A stretch of 61,300 bases of DNA, the filler included, from Hausera hauseri (taxonomy: Eukaryota): assembly GCA_046269625.1 (NCBI GenBank). It is 12 parts of 12 records of this genome, joined end to end, with 100 filler letters (N's around TTAATTAATTAA, not from the genome) between each part and the next. Parts side by side here need not be neighbours in the genome. Positions count along the whole stretch, not along the records: positions 1 to 4,698 come from JBJURY010470911.1; positions 4,799 to 9,964 come from JBJURY010317273.1; positions 10,065 to 14,432 come from JBJURY010613888.1; 9 more parts are not named here. One strand, 5' to 3'. Positions 1 to 11,069 of this stretch are shown piece after piece. The position numbers were made by a program, and so were the translations under genes. Below the pieces are notes generated by a model. It was not told the DNA's origin. It was given only the letters and a program-made list of their open reading frames with translations, and searched no databases. Within the stretch, counting starts at the first letter, position 1, and the number at the start of each line of letters is the position of its first letter.

Positions 1-459
1 TCTAGCACTCGAGATGGACTTCCTCTCTCGAGACCACTGAGCCCCATGAGGGAGTATCGACACGATACCTTTTGCTTGGTTCACTCAACCGTCTGAAGAA
101 ACATTGGAGGTTGGCAACCTGACTCCTACAAGGGCCCAAAGAGCAAATATGCCCCCTGGCCTAACAAAGGAGACTCTAGCAAATCCGGGTGCCACTCGGC
201 GCCAGGTTATGGAGTGGCAAAGGCTTATATCAAAGGGCCTGAAGGCTGACTTAGATTTTCGATCGTCTGCGACAGGTGATTTGTGTGTTACATGGGACCT
301 AACTGGGTACAGCTAACCTGGAAGAATGACCCTAATTATTTCGTTCAGCGTCTACTTTCAAAAAGCGAGGGCGTGAATTTCCTTGGGGCACTTGGTATGA
401 TCGATGTGGGGAAGAAACAGTTCCGGATTAAATTGTAGGCGACGCAACGGATACCGATT

Positions 460-940
460 TCATTATCTACTTGACGCGGAAATTTGACACCCGCGGCAGC
501 GGATGGCCACCTGCACGTGCTTGAATTCCTTGCGCCCGAAGAGTGCTTCCTTATAGAGTTCACGCCGCATATCGTTTTTTTCCACCACGGTCCTCTGAAC
601 ACCTTTCGCTTTCTTGGTGTTATTTCCTCCAGCCTCGAGGCGTTCAGCGGGTCAAATTCCGACAAGACCGCCCTCTTTGTTTCTCCACCTTCGAGTTGGC
701 GGGATCGGCCGAGGGGCTTGTGGCCTTAGCTGCTTCGGCAGTCGCTTCTTCACCTTTTTCGGAATGGGCTCATCAAGAATATGCTGTTCGATCCCTCCAC
801 TCTCATGGAAAAGTGAGGCCTGGCGAGATGGCCAGCAGCTGCTCAATGTATTCATCCATAGTCATGGCCGCCATGGTATACCCATCCCATCACAGCAAGC
901 GGTATCTTGAGGTATATCTGATGCGATGGGTAGGTCCATA
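460..940 (-). pseudogene. polB: Internally deleted Polinton protein-primed DNA polymerase B remnant (N-terminal region joined to extreme C-terminus)
   Basis: Minus strand reads ILDEPIPKKVKKRLPKQLRP..EFDPL (resembles Polinton pPolB N-terminal region). After a frame change near 640 it reads LEAGGNNTKKAKGVQRTVV and DMRRELYKEALFGRKEFKHVQVAIR (pPolB C-terminal KKAKGV..YKEALF motif). The catalytic core is absent. Confidence 0.6.
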
Positions 941-1003
941 AGGGTGCGTTTTGAAGCGCGGAAGATTAGGGGGTTGTATCCCAGAGAGTGGGGACCCATC
1001 ACG

Positions 1004-1242
1004 AGTAGTATAGCCGGAATCAAAATTATACATCCCCCCCCCCCTTTTCACCCCTTCTCGATTGATTTGAGCGCCCCAGGGAAAGGGGGCAATGGGGCCT
1101 TACCCAGTGGATATACAGACCTTATTGTGTATAGTCATTGGTAGAGGGCTTTTCGCGGCCGCTCTGGGCCGCTCAAATCAGTCGAGAAGGGGTGAAAAGA
1201 GCGGGGTGAGGGTGGTATCATTTTAACCCCGGCTATGCTACT
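1004..1242. repeat. Inverted repeat pair (~76-79 nt arms) with AGTAG..CTACT ends, Polinton-TIR-like
   Basis: 1004-1079 (agtagtatagccggaatcaaaattatac..ttttcaccccttctcgattgatttgagcgccccag) is the diverged reverse complement of 1164-1242 (ctgggccgctcaaatcagtcgagaaggggtgaaaag..ccccggctatgctact). Confidence 0.8.
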
Positions 1243-1510
1243 ATGAAGGTCTTCAGTTTCTTTGTGATCTTCGATGTAATTTTCCACGTTTCTGCTCCAT
1301 ACAGCAGGACTGCTTTCACGTTGCTGTTGAATATACGTATTTTAGTTTGAACTGTTAATTGTTTGGATTTCCATATGTTCCTCAATAATGCAAATGCCTG
1401 TCTGGCTTTTCCTATTCTCTGATTTTACATCGTCTTCTGTGCCCCCTTGGCTATCAATTATGCTGCCCAGATAAGTAAATGAGTTTACATCTTCCAATTT
1501 TCTGCCTCCC
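1243..1510 (-). mobile_element. RTE-clade LINE reverse-transcriptase C-terminal fragment
   Basis: LEDVNSFTYLGSIIDSQGGTEDDVKS..TKIRIFNSNVKAVLLYGAETWKIT, frameshifted. Confidence 0.85.
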
Positions 1511-1540
1511 AGAATACGGTGTGAGTGACCATATAAAATT

Positions 1541-1895
1541 CTGGCCACAGACTAACCAAACTCCTCGCTGAAGTGGACAGGAAGAGTTACACACAATGAT
1601 TTAAAAAAAACGGCAATGGAGTTGGATTTGACGAACAAACTTTCTTTTAAAAAGTTTAGAATTGGGTGCGCAGGCCCGTCTTATATTCTGCCATGTCCTC
1701 AGGAAGGATATATAGGACATTACCAGGATAATGATGCACTGGATACTAAAGGGAAACACAAAAAGAGGAAGACTGAAGAATAACCTGGTGTAGAACAGTG
1801 AAAACATCAGTGAACAACATGCAACACAGCTGGGGCATTATACGGGGGCTGGCTGAAACTAGAGATAAGTCCAGAACTTTGTTGCTGCCTTGTGA
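1541..1895 (+). mobile_element. RTE-clade LINE 3' fragment
   Basis: Decayed KRQWSWI..DITRIMMHWILKGNTKRGRLK..WGIIRGLAETRDKSRTFVAAL, a typical RTE ORF C-terminus. Confidence 0.7.
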
Positions 1896-1904
1896 GATGC
1901 TACA

Positions 1905-2030
1905 GGGGCTGAGGTACTGTCTGGCGGCGACCCATAGCTGACACTGACGAACCATAGTCGGCCAAGATCTTCTGCCAGACGTCCCATCACTGTCCCAGCC
2001 AACAGTGGGGAAACCGGCTAACTGGTGGAG
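1905..2030 (+). ncRNA. HDV-like self-cleaving ribozyme (decayed copy)
   Basis: P2 tctgccag/ctggtgga; P3-L3 acg-tcccat-cac (decayed from acg-tccccgt-cgt); J4/2 ggctaa; J1/2 hairpin gctgacactg..agtcggc. Confidence 0.55.
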
Positions 2031-2238
2031 GCTCGAGATGGTCCCCGGTTGAGAGGTTGATCACTTTTAGGAGGCCAAGCATTGCACTAAAGCCTGGAGG
2101 ACCACGGTCCACCCTCCTAGACACCACCAGGACAGCAGGAAAGCTCAATGCTACAACATCATAGTCCTCCTTAGGACTACAGACTTTATGAGGGCTCATC
2201 CAGAAGAGCTAACGCTCGGTGATGTGGAGATCATCAAT
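1905..2238 (+). mobile_element. Ribozyme-headed SINE-like element, copy A (most complete)
   Basis: Aligns by eye with 38596-38764, 48033-48300, 57184-57388 and 60782-61057. No ORF; no tRNA A/B box seen. Confidence 0.85.
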
Positions 2239-2289
2239 TAATCAATAGCCCAGTGTACAAGCTATACTGAACAGACTGTGCAACCAGCA

Positions 2290-3156
2290 CAAGGTTGTTA
2301 TGGCAGTGGATTCCATCTCATTGTGGAGTATCGAGAAACCGAAGAGTTGAGCAGACTGGCAAAGGAAGGTGCTGCTGTTTAGTAAATGATGTCCATTTCA
2401 TGGCTAAAGGCGAGTGTATAGGGCGTTTGAGTCCACATTTTTCCTTGACATCGGCACATGATTAGATTATGTTGTCAGCATAACGCCAGCCCACCTTTAC
2501 TTTCCCAGAGCGTTTCTCCAGTACACATTTTTGTTGGGTGGACCCCTGGAAGTGTTTAGGTCGAACAAAAATCCAATGCCCACAGCTGGAATTGAATTCA
2601 TGACCATAAGATCGGCAGACGAACAAACTAAGCACTACAGCACCGCAGCTCAAGGTGAGCAAAATAAACCTGTGACATATCGCATAAGAAAAACAAATCC
2701 ATCAGAATGCTGACAACAAATCAAGCTGGTCACCACTTACTATGTGCATATGTGAACACTCACGTAAGGCTGGAGTAAATATACTGAAGAACTGCCCAGA
2801 CTAGATCCAAATGAGGCAAAAACACCAGCCCAGTGAAACACCACTGAAAAACTGACAGCAGATGTTGACTTCTTGAAGTGAACAACAGAAAAAGAATCAT
2901 GCATGATTCATATTTCTCATCAGCAGTACAGTATGTGAAGCATACCACCATCAATGTGACTGCAGCACTGACAAAAATGACAGCTGACCGCCTAAAGCAG
3001 GATTGCCCATTATATTAGGAACTGAGAAAGCTTCTGTGACCGCCCCCAGTGACCATCCAAGACAAGCTGTATGGAGGAGCTGATGACCTCGAGATGACAG
3101 CTGTTTTCTTTAAAAAAATTCAGGTTGACATTTGAAGGCGTACGAAGAAGATGAAG
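2290..3156 (+). mobile_element. RNase H-bearing LINE (I/Nimb/Ingi group) 3' fragment, interrupted by a tRNA SINE
   Basis: QWIPSHCGV..LAKEGA (RNase H) near 2300-2375; QCDC..TADRLKQDCPLY..KLYGGADDLEMTA near 2950-3100; gaagaagatgaag tail. Confidence 0.7.
2462..2651 (-). mobile_element. tRNA-derived SINE (family 1)
   Basis: Minus strand has A-box-like gctgtagtgcttag and B-box-like gaattcaattcc. Homologous to 3720-3910, 37438-37580 and 47662-47768. Confidence 0.75.
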
Positions 3157-3719
3157 TATCATCATCACTACACTCTGGACACATCCACAGGCACTCCAGT
3201 TTCCATCCCAGCAGAATCACCAGTGTATTTTTGCCAGTCACTCAGGTCCTGTTCTGCATCACCACCCTCCTCATCACCAGCAAAATTCTCCCACATGGCA
3301 ACTCCTCTCCTCATGCTAAGCCTTATTATTGTTGACAGGGGGAGGTATTGTAAACAGCAAGGCTTTCTAACTGCTACAAGACAACCATACATAAAGAAAG
3401 CCAACTGAAAATAATGCAGTAATTTATTTCAAGTTCCTAGATCAGTTGTACACAAATAGAACATGATGAAATGTCATGGTACATTTTTATTTCTTCTGTC
3501 ATGCTAAATGATGTTTAGGAATAAATGCAAAGTAGTCTCTGCCAGAAGTATTCAGATCTCATAGTTTTGTTGTTCTGCATTTTGGTAACAGAAATGCCCA
3601 TTCTTTGATATTACTGATATCATAATTTCAGCCTAGCTCTGGGAAAATTTATATATATATTTATTTAATATAAGGCATATAAGAGACCATGGAGTGTCTT
3701 TGACAACTGACATACAACT

Positions 3720-3910
3720 GGGTTATGTTCTCAGCACAACACCTGGTCGCCTTTATTTTCTCAGAGAAATTCCCTGGTACTCATTGTCTGAGGCTGGGTG
3801 GACCCCTGGAGTCATTTTAGTAAATGAAATTTAACCCGCCACACTTAGGATTGAACCCATGACCATGCAATCAGCGAGCGGGTTTACTAACTGCTACTCT
3901 ATTGCAGTTC
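3720..3910 (-). mobile_element. tRNA-derived SINE (family 1)
   Basis: B box gggttcaatcc on minus strand; shares tttcYcagagaa..ctggtactcatt..gggtggacccctgga with the other copies. Confidence 0.75.
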
Positions 3911-4389
3911 TTAAAAGATCAAACAGTATAAATTATGAAATTACAGCCAGAATATAGATATGAAACAAATTTATATAATATTCTACATTTTCTATAGTTG
4001 AGCTTGTTAACTTGAAATTATAAAGTGTGACGATATATAAAACCATGAACAGGGCACCGACTGACTGAAGGATATTGATAAGAAGAAGAACACACAAGAC
4101 AACAGAAAACAAAACCACAATTAGCCACCCCGGGGACTGAACCAGGAACACACTGAAATTATGCCATAGCCTTGCCATCACAACAAGCCAGTGGTTTACA
4201 AACAACACTAACTACGCACCATAAAAATGCTACTTTATTTTATAAAATGATGACTTGCTGCTGTCTTATCTACTCCCTTCAGCCCTGATCACATACATAA
4301 TAGTAATTCATTTAATTGTTTGGTCTGTGTTTTCTCAGTGTTTTATAATTCTAAGAGAGAGTACAACAAAACAAGACAAATCACAACAG

Positions 4390-4690
4390 CAAGCGCTCCG
4401 AGTAGTCCTCATAATTTCTGGACCCATCATCAATGAGAAAACCTTGGCGCAAGAATAATAAAAAATAACAATCGTTATAAATTACTCTCAATCATACCCG
4501 GACTGAGATGATTGGGACATACTAAAAAAACAGAGGACAATAGACAGACCAAACAAGTCTGTAAACAGAGAGAAATGGGTACAAGACCATGAGGACGAAG
4601 ATGGAGGAGAATGCTGATGAAGACCTTCACGAACTAAAGATCAAGAACTGGAAGAAAAGCCACCAAGTACAGAGATACATAAGAGACATT
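4390..4690 (+). mobile_element. RTE-type LINE 3' fragment, decayed
   Basis: ISGPIINE..LR(*/W)LGH..DEDLHELKIKNWK motifs with stops and frameshifts. Confidence 0.55.
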
Positions 4691-4698
4691 GTATATAC

Positions 4699-4798
4699 NN
4701 NNNNNNNNNNNNNNNNNNNNNNNNNNNNNNNNNNNNNNNNNNTTAATTAATTAANNNNNNNNNNNNNNNNNNNNNNNNNNNNNNNNNNNNNNNNNNNN
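4699..4798. other. Artificial contig linker
   Basis: 44 N + TTAATTAATTAA (stops in all six frames) + 44 N. Confidence 0.98.
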
Positions 4799-4909
4799 CA
4801 AATTGCTTCTATTTCATAATTGGTGAATTTATTAAAAAGACAGAATTAACATTTAATTTCATATTATTCATTAAAAGTCTTTCTAATGATGTACATTATA
4901 AAAAAGTAC

Positions 4910-5046
4910 CAGGTTGATCCAGAAAGGCAACTGACGTATGTGGTGCAGTCTAAAATTCCAGACTCATACAGAGCCTTCATGACCCCTGAGAAGCCAATCA
5001 TTGCCCTGAACCCACCGCCTGATCCTAACACAGCTATGACGGGAAC
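4910..5046 (-). CDS. PLA2G4A: Internal exon of cytosolic phospholipase A2 (group IV) carrying the catalytic serine
   Basis: 137-nt exon bounded by ag/gt encodes VPVIAVLGSGGGFRAMIGFSGVMKALYESGILDCTTYVSCLSGSTW (GSGGGFRA and xLSGS motifs). Confidence 0.92.
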
Positions 5047-5448
5047 CTGCACAGAAACACATTCTCAATGCATCATAATTACATCACATGAACAAACTGT
5101 TCATTAAATTTACCTGCAACATTTTTTTGTAAATAAGCAAACCTCCAAGAGAAAACAATCATAGGACTGTCAATCAAAATGAACATTTCTAATGCAATAA
5201 TTTTTTTACCATCCATCATGCATAATTTTGTGTTATTCATATTGGGTCTTAAATGTACATAAGCTTTGAATTGGCTTTGCATAAGAAGCCATTGTGCTAA
5301 GGTAAAAAGGGGATAAGAGGTCCACTGTATGTAATAGATGAAAAAATACTCCAGAAGTAAAGTTGCAATCCCAATAATTTGGAAGCTTAAACACAAACAA
5401 TGAGAAAATGGTAATAGTAAATTCAATATCAGTTATAATGAAAGTTGA

Positions 5449-6643
5449 TTAGTCATCAGCGTCTATTGTCAATAATCGTTGACTTTTATGATCACTTCTA
5501 CATTTAGCTCGTTTTTCCTTTTGCAACCTTTTTCTGTACTTTTCCAACACTGTATCATCTCTATTTGTTATCGTTGATGCATCGGGGACATCATACTCAT
5601 AGCCAAACAAACCATGTATGCCCTCGTTGAATCGTAAGTGGATCATTACTCCGTCATCAGGAACAGAGCATAAGTAGCAATAATAGCATGCCTTCTTCCA
5701 AGAATTAATTTCTATTGATGTCGATCGTCTGGCATCTATCCATATTTCTGTTACCGGGTAATGCCCTCCGTCAGTCTCTAAGGATTTGAGAACGTGACGG
5801 AATATTTTACGATCAATTTTTTTCTCAATTTTTGTATCGTATTTTGTACTTGACTTAGTAAATCGTACCATTTGCTCAACAACAGAATCTTCGTTTTCGA
5901 ATTCATAATTGTCGTTTAACTTCAAGAAAACTGTTTCGTAAATCAAGGCAACACATCGACCGAAACTTCGTCGGATTTCTCCTTCAGAACACCGGAAGAT
6001 ATCCAACGCAATTTCCATCATGGCAATTGATTCCCAAATTACTTCATCGACCGACAGCAAAGTCAGCAAAATCGACCAATATTCAAAAGCTCTTACCAGT
6101 AAGCTACACTCCGAATATTTCAGTAGAATACTACACTGAATTTTCTTAGCCAATGTCTGGATCAGTTCAAATACTTTCCCAATGCTCTTAGCTATTTTTT
6201 TTATCGTCTGTGGATCCTGAGAAAAGATGGAGCAGTGCTGGGAATTACAGTGCATCCTGTACAAAGTTGTCATCATTGGATGGATCCAAAATCGAGGAAT
6301 GAATTATATTTAGGTACTCTTTACTGAGGTTTTCTGCCAAATCCTCATTTTGTATGACCAGCAAACACAACACCTGCAGACTGAGATTTTTCTCTTCCGG
6401 TCTGCCAGTGTTCAACGCGCTTTGGCAAAATTGCAGCAACCATTTTAGTTGTGTCCATTGTGCATCAAGATTAAATAAATGATTTTGAAGTGAATACTTC
6501 AGTCCCTTGAGTGAGGTTACTCGAATATGTTGTTGGTTATCCGTAAGGTCTATTATATAGTTCGAAATGTCCTCCAGTATTTCCTCGTCCTCTTCGGTTG
6601 CGCATTCTTTTTTGTGAGAATAAGACTTCCTAAGAGTTGTCAT
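5449..6643 (-). pseudogene. IFRD1: Intronless interferon-related developmental regulator (IFRD)-like gene, frameshifted near 6260
   Basis: Two overlapping ORFs resemble IFRD N- and C-terminal domains: IIDLTDNQQHIRVTSLKGLK..GRPEEKNLSLQVLCLLVIQ and RKIFRHVLKSLE..INSWKK..IHLRFNEGIHGLFG..EKRAKCRSDHK. Confidence 0.7.
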
Positions 6644-9025
6644 TTTTCTGAATAAAAATACACAATTTAAACATATTGTTTGAATAAAAAGTATTAATAT
6701 TATTCCTAATTATAAATTTCAGTGCTTCTCAACTAGCGAGTTATAATTCATTTCTTTATTATTGACATACTCCCACTTGAGTCATTATTATTATTATTTA
6801 CCAATAGTAACAATTTGCCAGGTATTGATACTGCAGCTGTGTAATTTGAGTAATTTCGTTTATTATGAAGATGTAGGTATGCCTGTATCTTAAGGCGTAC
6901 ATTTATAATTCAAGAAATAGGTAAAACGAAGACCAGAATTAAACACCATTTCGACAATACTCAGAATATAATGTAAGCATAACGTCTGTGTTGTAACATG
7001 TCAAATGTAAAATTTTTTAACAAACATTTTTCCACGTATAAAAGTAATACAAAATTATTTTTTTATACCAAATACCCAAAAGTAGACATTACACAAGTCT
7101 CATAATTAGAATTCAAACAATATCCAATGCATTAACAAATTTCAAATTACGATCGATGACAATATAAAATACGTATAGATAAAAAATTCATGGTATGTTT
7201 GGTTTTTAAGTCTATAATATGAAACTTTAAATCGCACTGCAATAACATAAATAGAAAATAATTTGAACATTTCTCCTAGTTCAATATCAAATCATGTAAA
7301 GCACTGAGCAAAAATTGGACCAATAGTTTAAATGTATTCTTAGCACAGGAAATTTATATTCAATGAAAACTGTAGATGAAACAGTAGAAACCCCATTGAA
7401 ATTCCGAAATCCATAAAAATTTTCCAGCCATTCAAAATCCAATATTACATATGTAGCACATTATAAATGTTATTAAAAAGTACCTGATATTTCCGTTGAT
7501 AAAATGCGTGGGATATATACTTTCTTCTGACGTCATAAAGCTTCTCAATGAAATTTCTTTTGTAAGAAAACATATAAATTTGAGGTGGAATAACCTTGAT
7601 TAACTGCATCATTGACTAAAATTTTCGTTTATTATTATTATTATTATTATTCGTGCATACCATAATTTAAAGCCATATTTTCAAAATATTATCTCTATAA
7701 TAAAGAAATACCAACTGTTGAATCCAAAAACAATTTTTCCACCAAATCCAAAACCAAATCCTTCATCAAACTTGTTAATAACTCCGTTAAGTATCTATAT
7801 TTATTCGCATGACATTCAAAATTCTCAATCAAGACGATATTGTAGATAACGGATTCATCAAGTATAGGTAAGAAAAACTGTAGACATGAATTGTATTGAA
7901 ATAAGTTTTTAGTGTTACACATCTGATCGGAGCATAAGCAAATTTATGATGGCATGACTGAATATGGTCTCAGCGGTGGCGCATGGGTTTGGTTGTTGCT
8001 AAGACGGTTTCTCGTCCTTCGGTCTCGGGGTGTTTCCATTTGGATACTGCAGCACACATTAAAAGATAAATAAATAAAATTAACTAATAATTCTTACTGT
8101 TAGCATATAAGAAAAGTCGGGATAAAATTGTGTTTATGGATTGGGTATTTATACCCAGATTATTGACAAGCAATTAATTGTACCGACTGATAAAAAAGAA
8201 ATATCAGATTAATGATAACAATTACGGTTAAAAATAAAACAAAAACTTATTATTATTATTGCAGAATTTTATAATAGAAAAACAAAAAATTTTTTTTTTA
8301 TTATTGCAGAATTTTATAATAGAAAAATTCGTTTTATTGTTGAATGGTTTATGCAGGGTGAAGTGGTGGTGCAGAATTATATTGTTGACTGATTTGTGCG
8401 GAGTGCATCTATAATAAAAATTGTCTTATTTTCAAACGATTTATACAGGGGGCAGCTATAATGGAAAGGTTGTATAGTTGGATTATTTATGCCAGATTTT
8501 GTTAAAACTGTTTTTCTGTTTAAAAAAAAACTAATTTCCAATCTCACGGATTCCTTCGGATGCAGTTTGACATTATAAATTTTAACAGCCCTTTTGGTGA
8601 TTGATGGATTGAAAAGTATTTGTAAATATATTTGTATTTATGGAGTATGTTTATAAAATATAGCAATTGTTAATTGCAATGGATTGTTGCTATTTTGTAT
8701 CGTTGTGCGGTTGTCTACACAACGAATTGCTTGTGTGGGATTCAAGGGGTGAGTACACATCGTTTGTTCTGCGTCGGGATGTCTGCTCCGTTCGGAGTCT
8801 CTGGGGGTGTCCGCGGGGATCGAGATGTTGGAGCGTTGAGTAAGGAGCGGGTTCTGCGGCGGTGTTGTCCTCGGGAAGGCGATTGTGCGTGGTTTGTGGC
8901 TGGGTGTTGCTCCGGGAGTGTTTTATTGATACTATATTAATTTTAATTATTTATTATTATTAGTATTACCCCTGACGCCGCCATGTCTATAAATTACCTT
9001 CGAAAATCGATATATTATCATTTTA

Positions 9026-9340
9026 GTGCTGAATAGTGAATTTTATTTAGCGAAACAGCACTACATAGAATGTGATATATGCTTTCAAGAGCTTGGCCTA
9101 AAGTACGCCTTATTGGAAGAATGCACGCACATAATGTGTGTAAATTGTGCTGACCGATGGTTAGCTCAGATGCAGAAGTGCCCCTTTTGCCGCAAACCAA
9201 CTTCCGGATATAACAGAATGGGACAAACGGTGATCGTTATTTCAGACCAAAACGAAGAAGAAGAAGATATCGTGATTACAGGGTACTCCCTGATAATAGA
9301 TGGCCAGACTGTTTTAGAGCTAATGTTCGATGATGATTAA
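9026..9340 (+). CDS. Small C3HC4 RING-finger protein (start uncertain)
   Basis: CDIC..EECTHIMCVNCADRW..CPFCR with an acidic tail. The annotated start is non-ATG; a gccgccATG just upstream (~8982) is out of frame. Confidence 0.75.
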   Translation: MLNSEFYLAKQHYIECDICFQELGLKYALLEECTHIMCVNCADRWLAQMQKCPFCRKPTSGYNRMGQTVIVISDQNEEEEDIVITGYSLIIDGQTVLELMFDDD

Positions 9341-9861
9341 CGCAGTTGTGTCGTAAATACATGACTGATTAAATTGTGTGCACTTGATTGATGGTCCCTT
9401 ATATAGCTAATTGTCTTAATCTATGTGGAGCCGACCTAGTACGGAGCTGCTATGCTGTGGATGGGATGGCGTTGATTACATGGATTGGAGTTGCGGTGAT
9501 TGAGGGTATTGTAATTGATCTCCCTTTTGGCCTGCTTTAGGGATATGCGAAGATTAAACATAGTTGGAAGAAAAGAAATATCCGTCTTGTTTGCCATGTG
9601 GATAGAGAAGAAATCGAAAAATATGATCAATATGGTGACATGATGAAACTAAGTCGAAGCTATAGATGTGAAAAATGGTTGTCGGATTGAAGCCTCAAGT
9701 TATCGAGAAGTTGATTGGGTTGAGTTGACATTGATGAATTGGGATGTTGGTGAAAGTGGGTACCTGACATGTCTTGCCGGTCTATAACTGGGAAATGAGT
9801 ATAACATTGACTTATATAAACATGGATATAATATAATTACTTAATTTCAAATAATATTATA

Positions 9862-9964
9862 GATTGTCCAATTTGCTTGGAGGAAATAGCCTCAGAGGCC
9901 TTACAATTACCATGTGGACACACATTTTGTCGGAAGTGTATCCTATCGTGGCTGGAATCATCAA
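9862..9964 (+). CDS. Second C3HC4 RING finger, truncated by contig end
   Basis: DCPICLEEIASEALQLPCGHTFCRKCILSWLES; not in the ORF track. Confidence 0.75.
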
Positions 9965-10064
9965 NNNNNNNNNNNNNNNNNNNNNNNNNNNNNNNNNNNN
10001 NNNNNNNNTTAATTAATTAANNNNNNNNNNNNNNNNNNNNNNNNNNNNNNNNNNNNNNNNNNNN
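9965..10064. other. Artificial contig linker
   Basis: 44 N + TTAATTAATTAA + 44 N. Confidence 0.98.
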
Positions 10065-10074
10065 AAATATATCA

Positions 10075-10995
10075 TGACACATTTGTTAAGTCGTATTAAG
10101 CTATATACTCGTTGTTGGCCTCACTATACCGGTGAATGGCTTGGCATATTCCTCCTCTAATGCCTCTCTCGATCATAAGGATCATGTCGTAATCCTTGAT
10201 CATTTGCAGCATAATACCAGTATATCTCAGCATAGCTGCCCAACTCATCCCTGGAACCGTAAACATATGAGCCGGATCCTATGCATAGTTCTTCATTGTA
10301 ACATCCCTGAAACTCGCAAAGACATCTGTCAGCAGCAGTACATCGGCTTGGAGATATATTTCACTATATTCCCCTAATGTTCGGCATTGGAATGCATACC
10401 AGACGTTCTATGCATGCTGGTAGTCAGCATCACTGGTATCGAAATCAGAGAGGATATTGTAAAAGTCCTTATTAACCGGCAATGATGTCTCATCCAGTGT
10501 TTCCCATGAAGTTATGTAGTCATAGGGAAACAGGCCTTTCCTCTTGACGAGGTCAAATGTAGTGCGGAAGAATCGCTTTGTCTCCTTGAGTTCTTCTGCA
10601 GGGAGGTTCTTCACTAAACTGTCCAGTAAAAACGACATGAAACGAAAGTTGTCTCTAAATCGAAGTCGGATTTTCCGAACATGCTTAGTGAAAGTGATGT
10701 ATTTCTTCTCAGTTTGGGATCACAATATATTACTATCAATGTTGCCTAATTCTCGAACTATGAAATGGGAATCATAGTCACTGAGATTATGGAACACTAC
10801 AGGCACATATGTGAATGTTTTGCAGCGAATATTGCAGCTGTTGCATGCCGCGCCCCGATATGCACCTGTAAAATGACAGTGATCCTTGACTTTCCACTTT
10901 TCCTTAGTGAAGGATTTGTCGCACAAGTAACATGCTGTTGCCTTGCGCCATTCTTCTTCTTGTTTGCACGACATGCTCATGATGGGTGCTAGACA
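10075..10995 (-). pseudogene. polB: Polinton pPolB fragment (EndoVII-like finger, ExoII-ExoIII to IRGG)
   Basis: CYLC..VKDHCHFTGAYRGAACNSCN..FHNLSDYDSHFI..RKGLFPYDY..DVLLLTDVF..IERGIRGG, with stops and frameshifts. Confidence 0.93.
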
Positions 10996-11069
10996 CGGAT
11001 CTATATAAATCGCATCGATCATCGTCCATTTTACTTGATTCATCCACCACAAACCGTACACCAATGTCA

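Noticed and set aside
1-340. Structured GC-balanced stretch sharing ctcgagatgg with the ribozyme element; possible LINE 5' UTR
   Set aside because: Only a 10-nt match and local hairpins; no ribozyme topology or downstream ORF found.
484-729. Plus-strand ORF with ankyrin-like AAADGHLHVLEFL
   Set aside because: Single partial motif; the opposite strand gives a more coherent pPolB C-terminal match.
7260-7930. Possible Penelope-like RT/GIY-YIG remnant on the minus strand
   Set aside because: Needs several assumed frameshifts to recover RYLD and CxxC motifs; too decayed to support.
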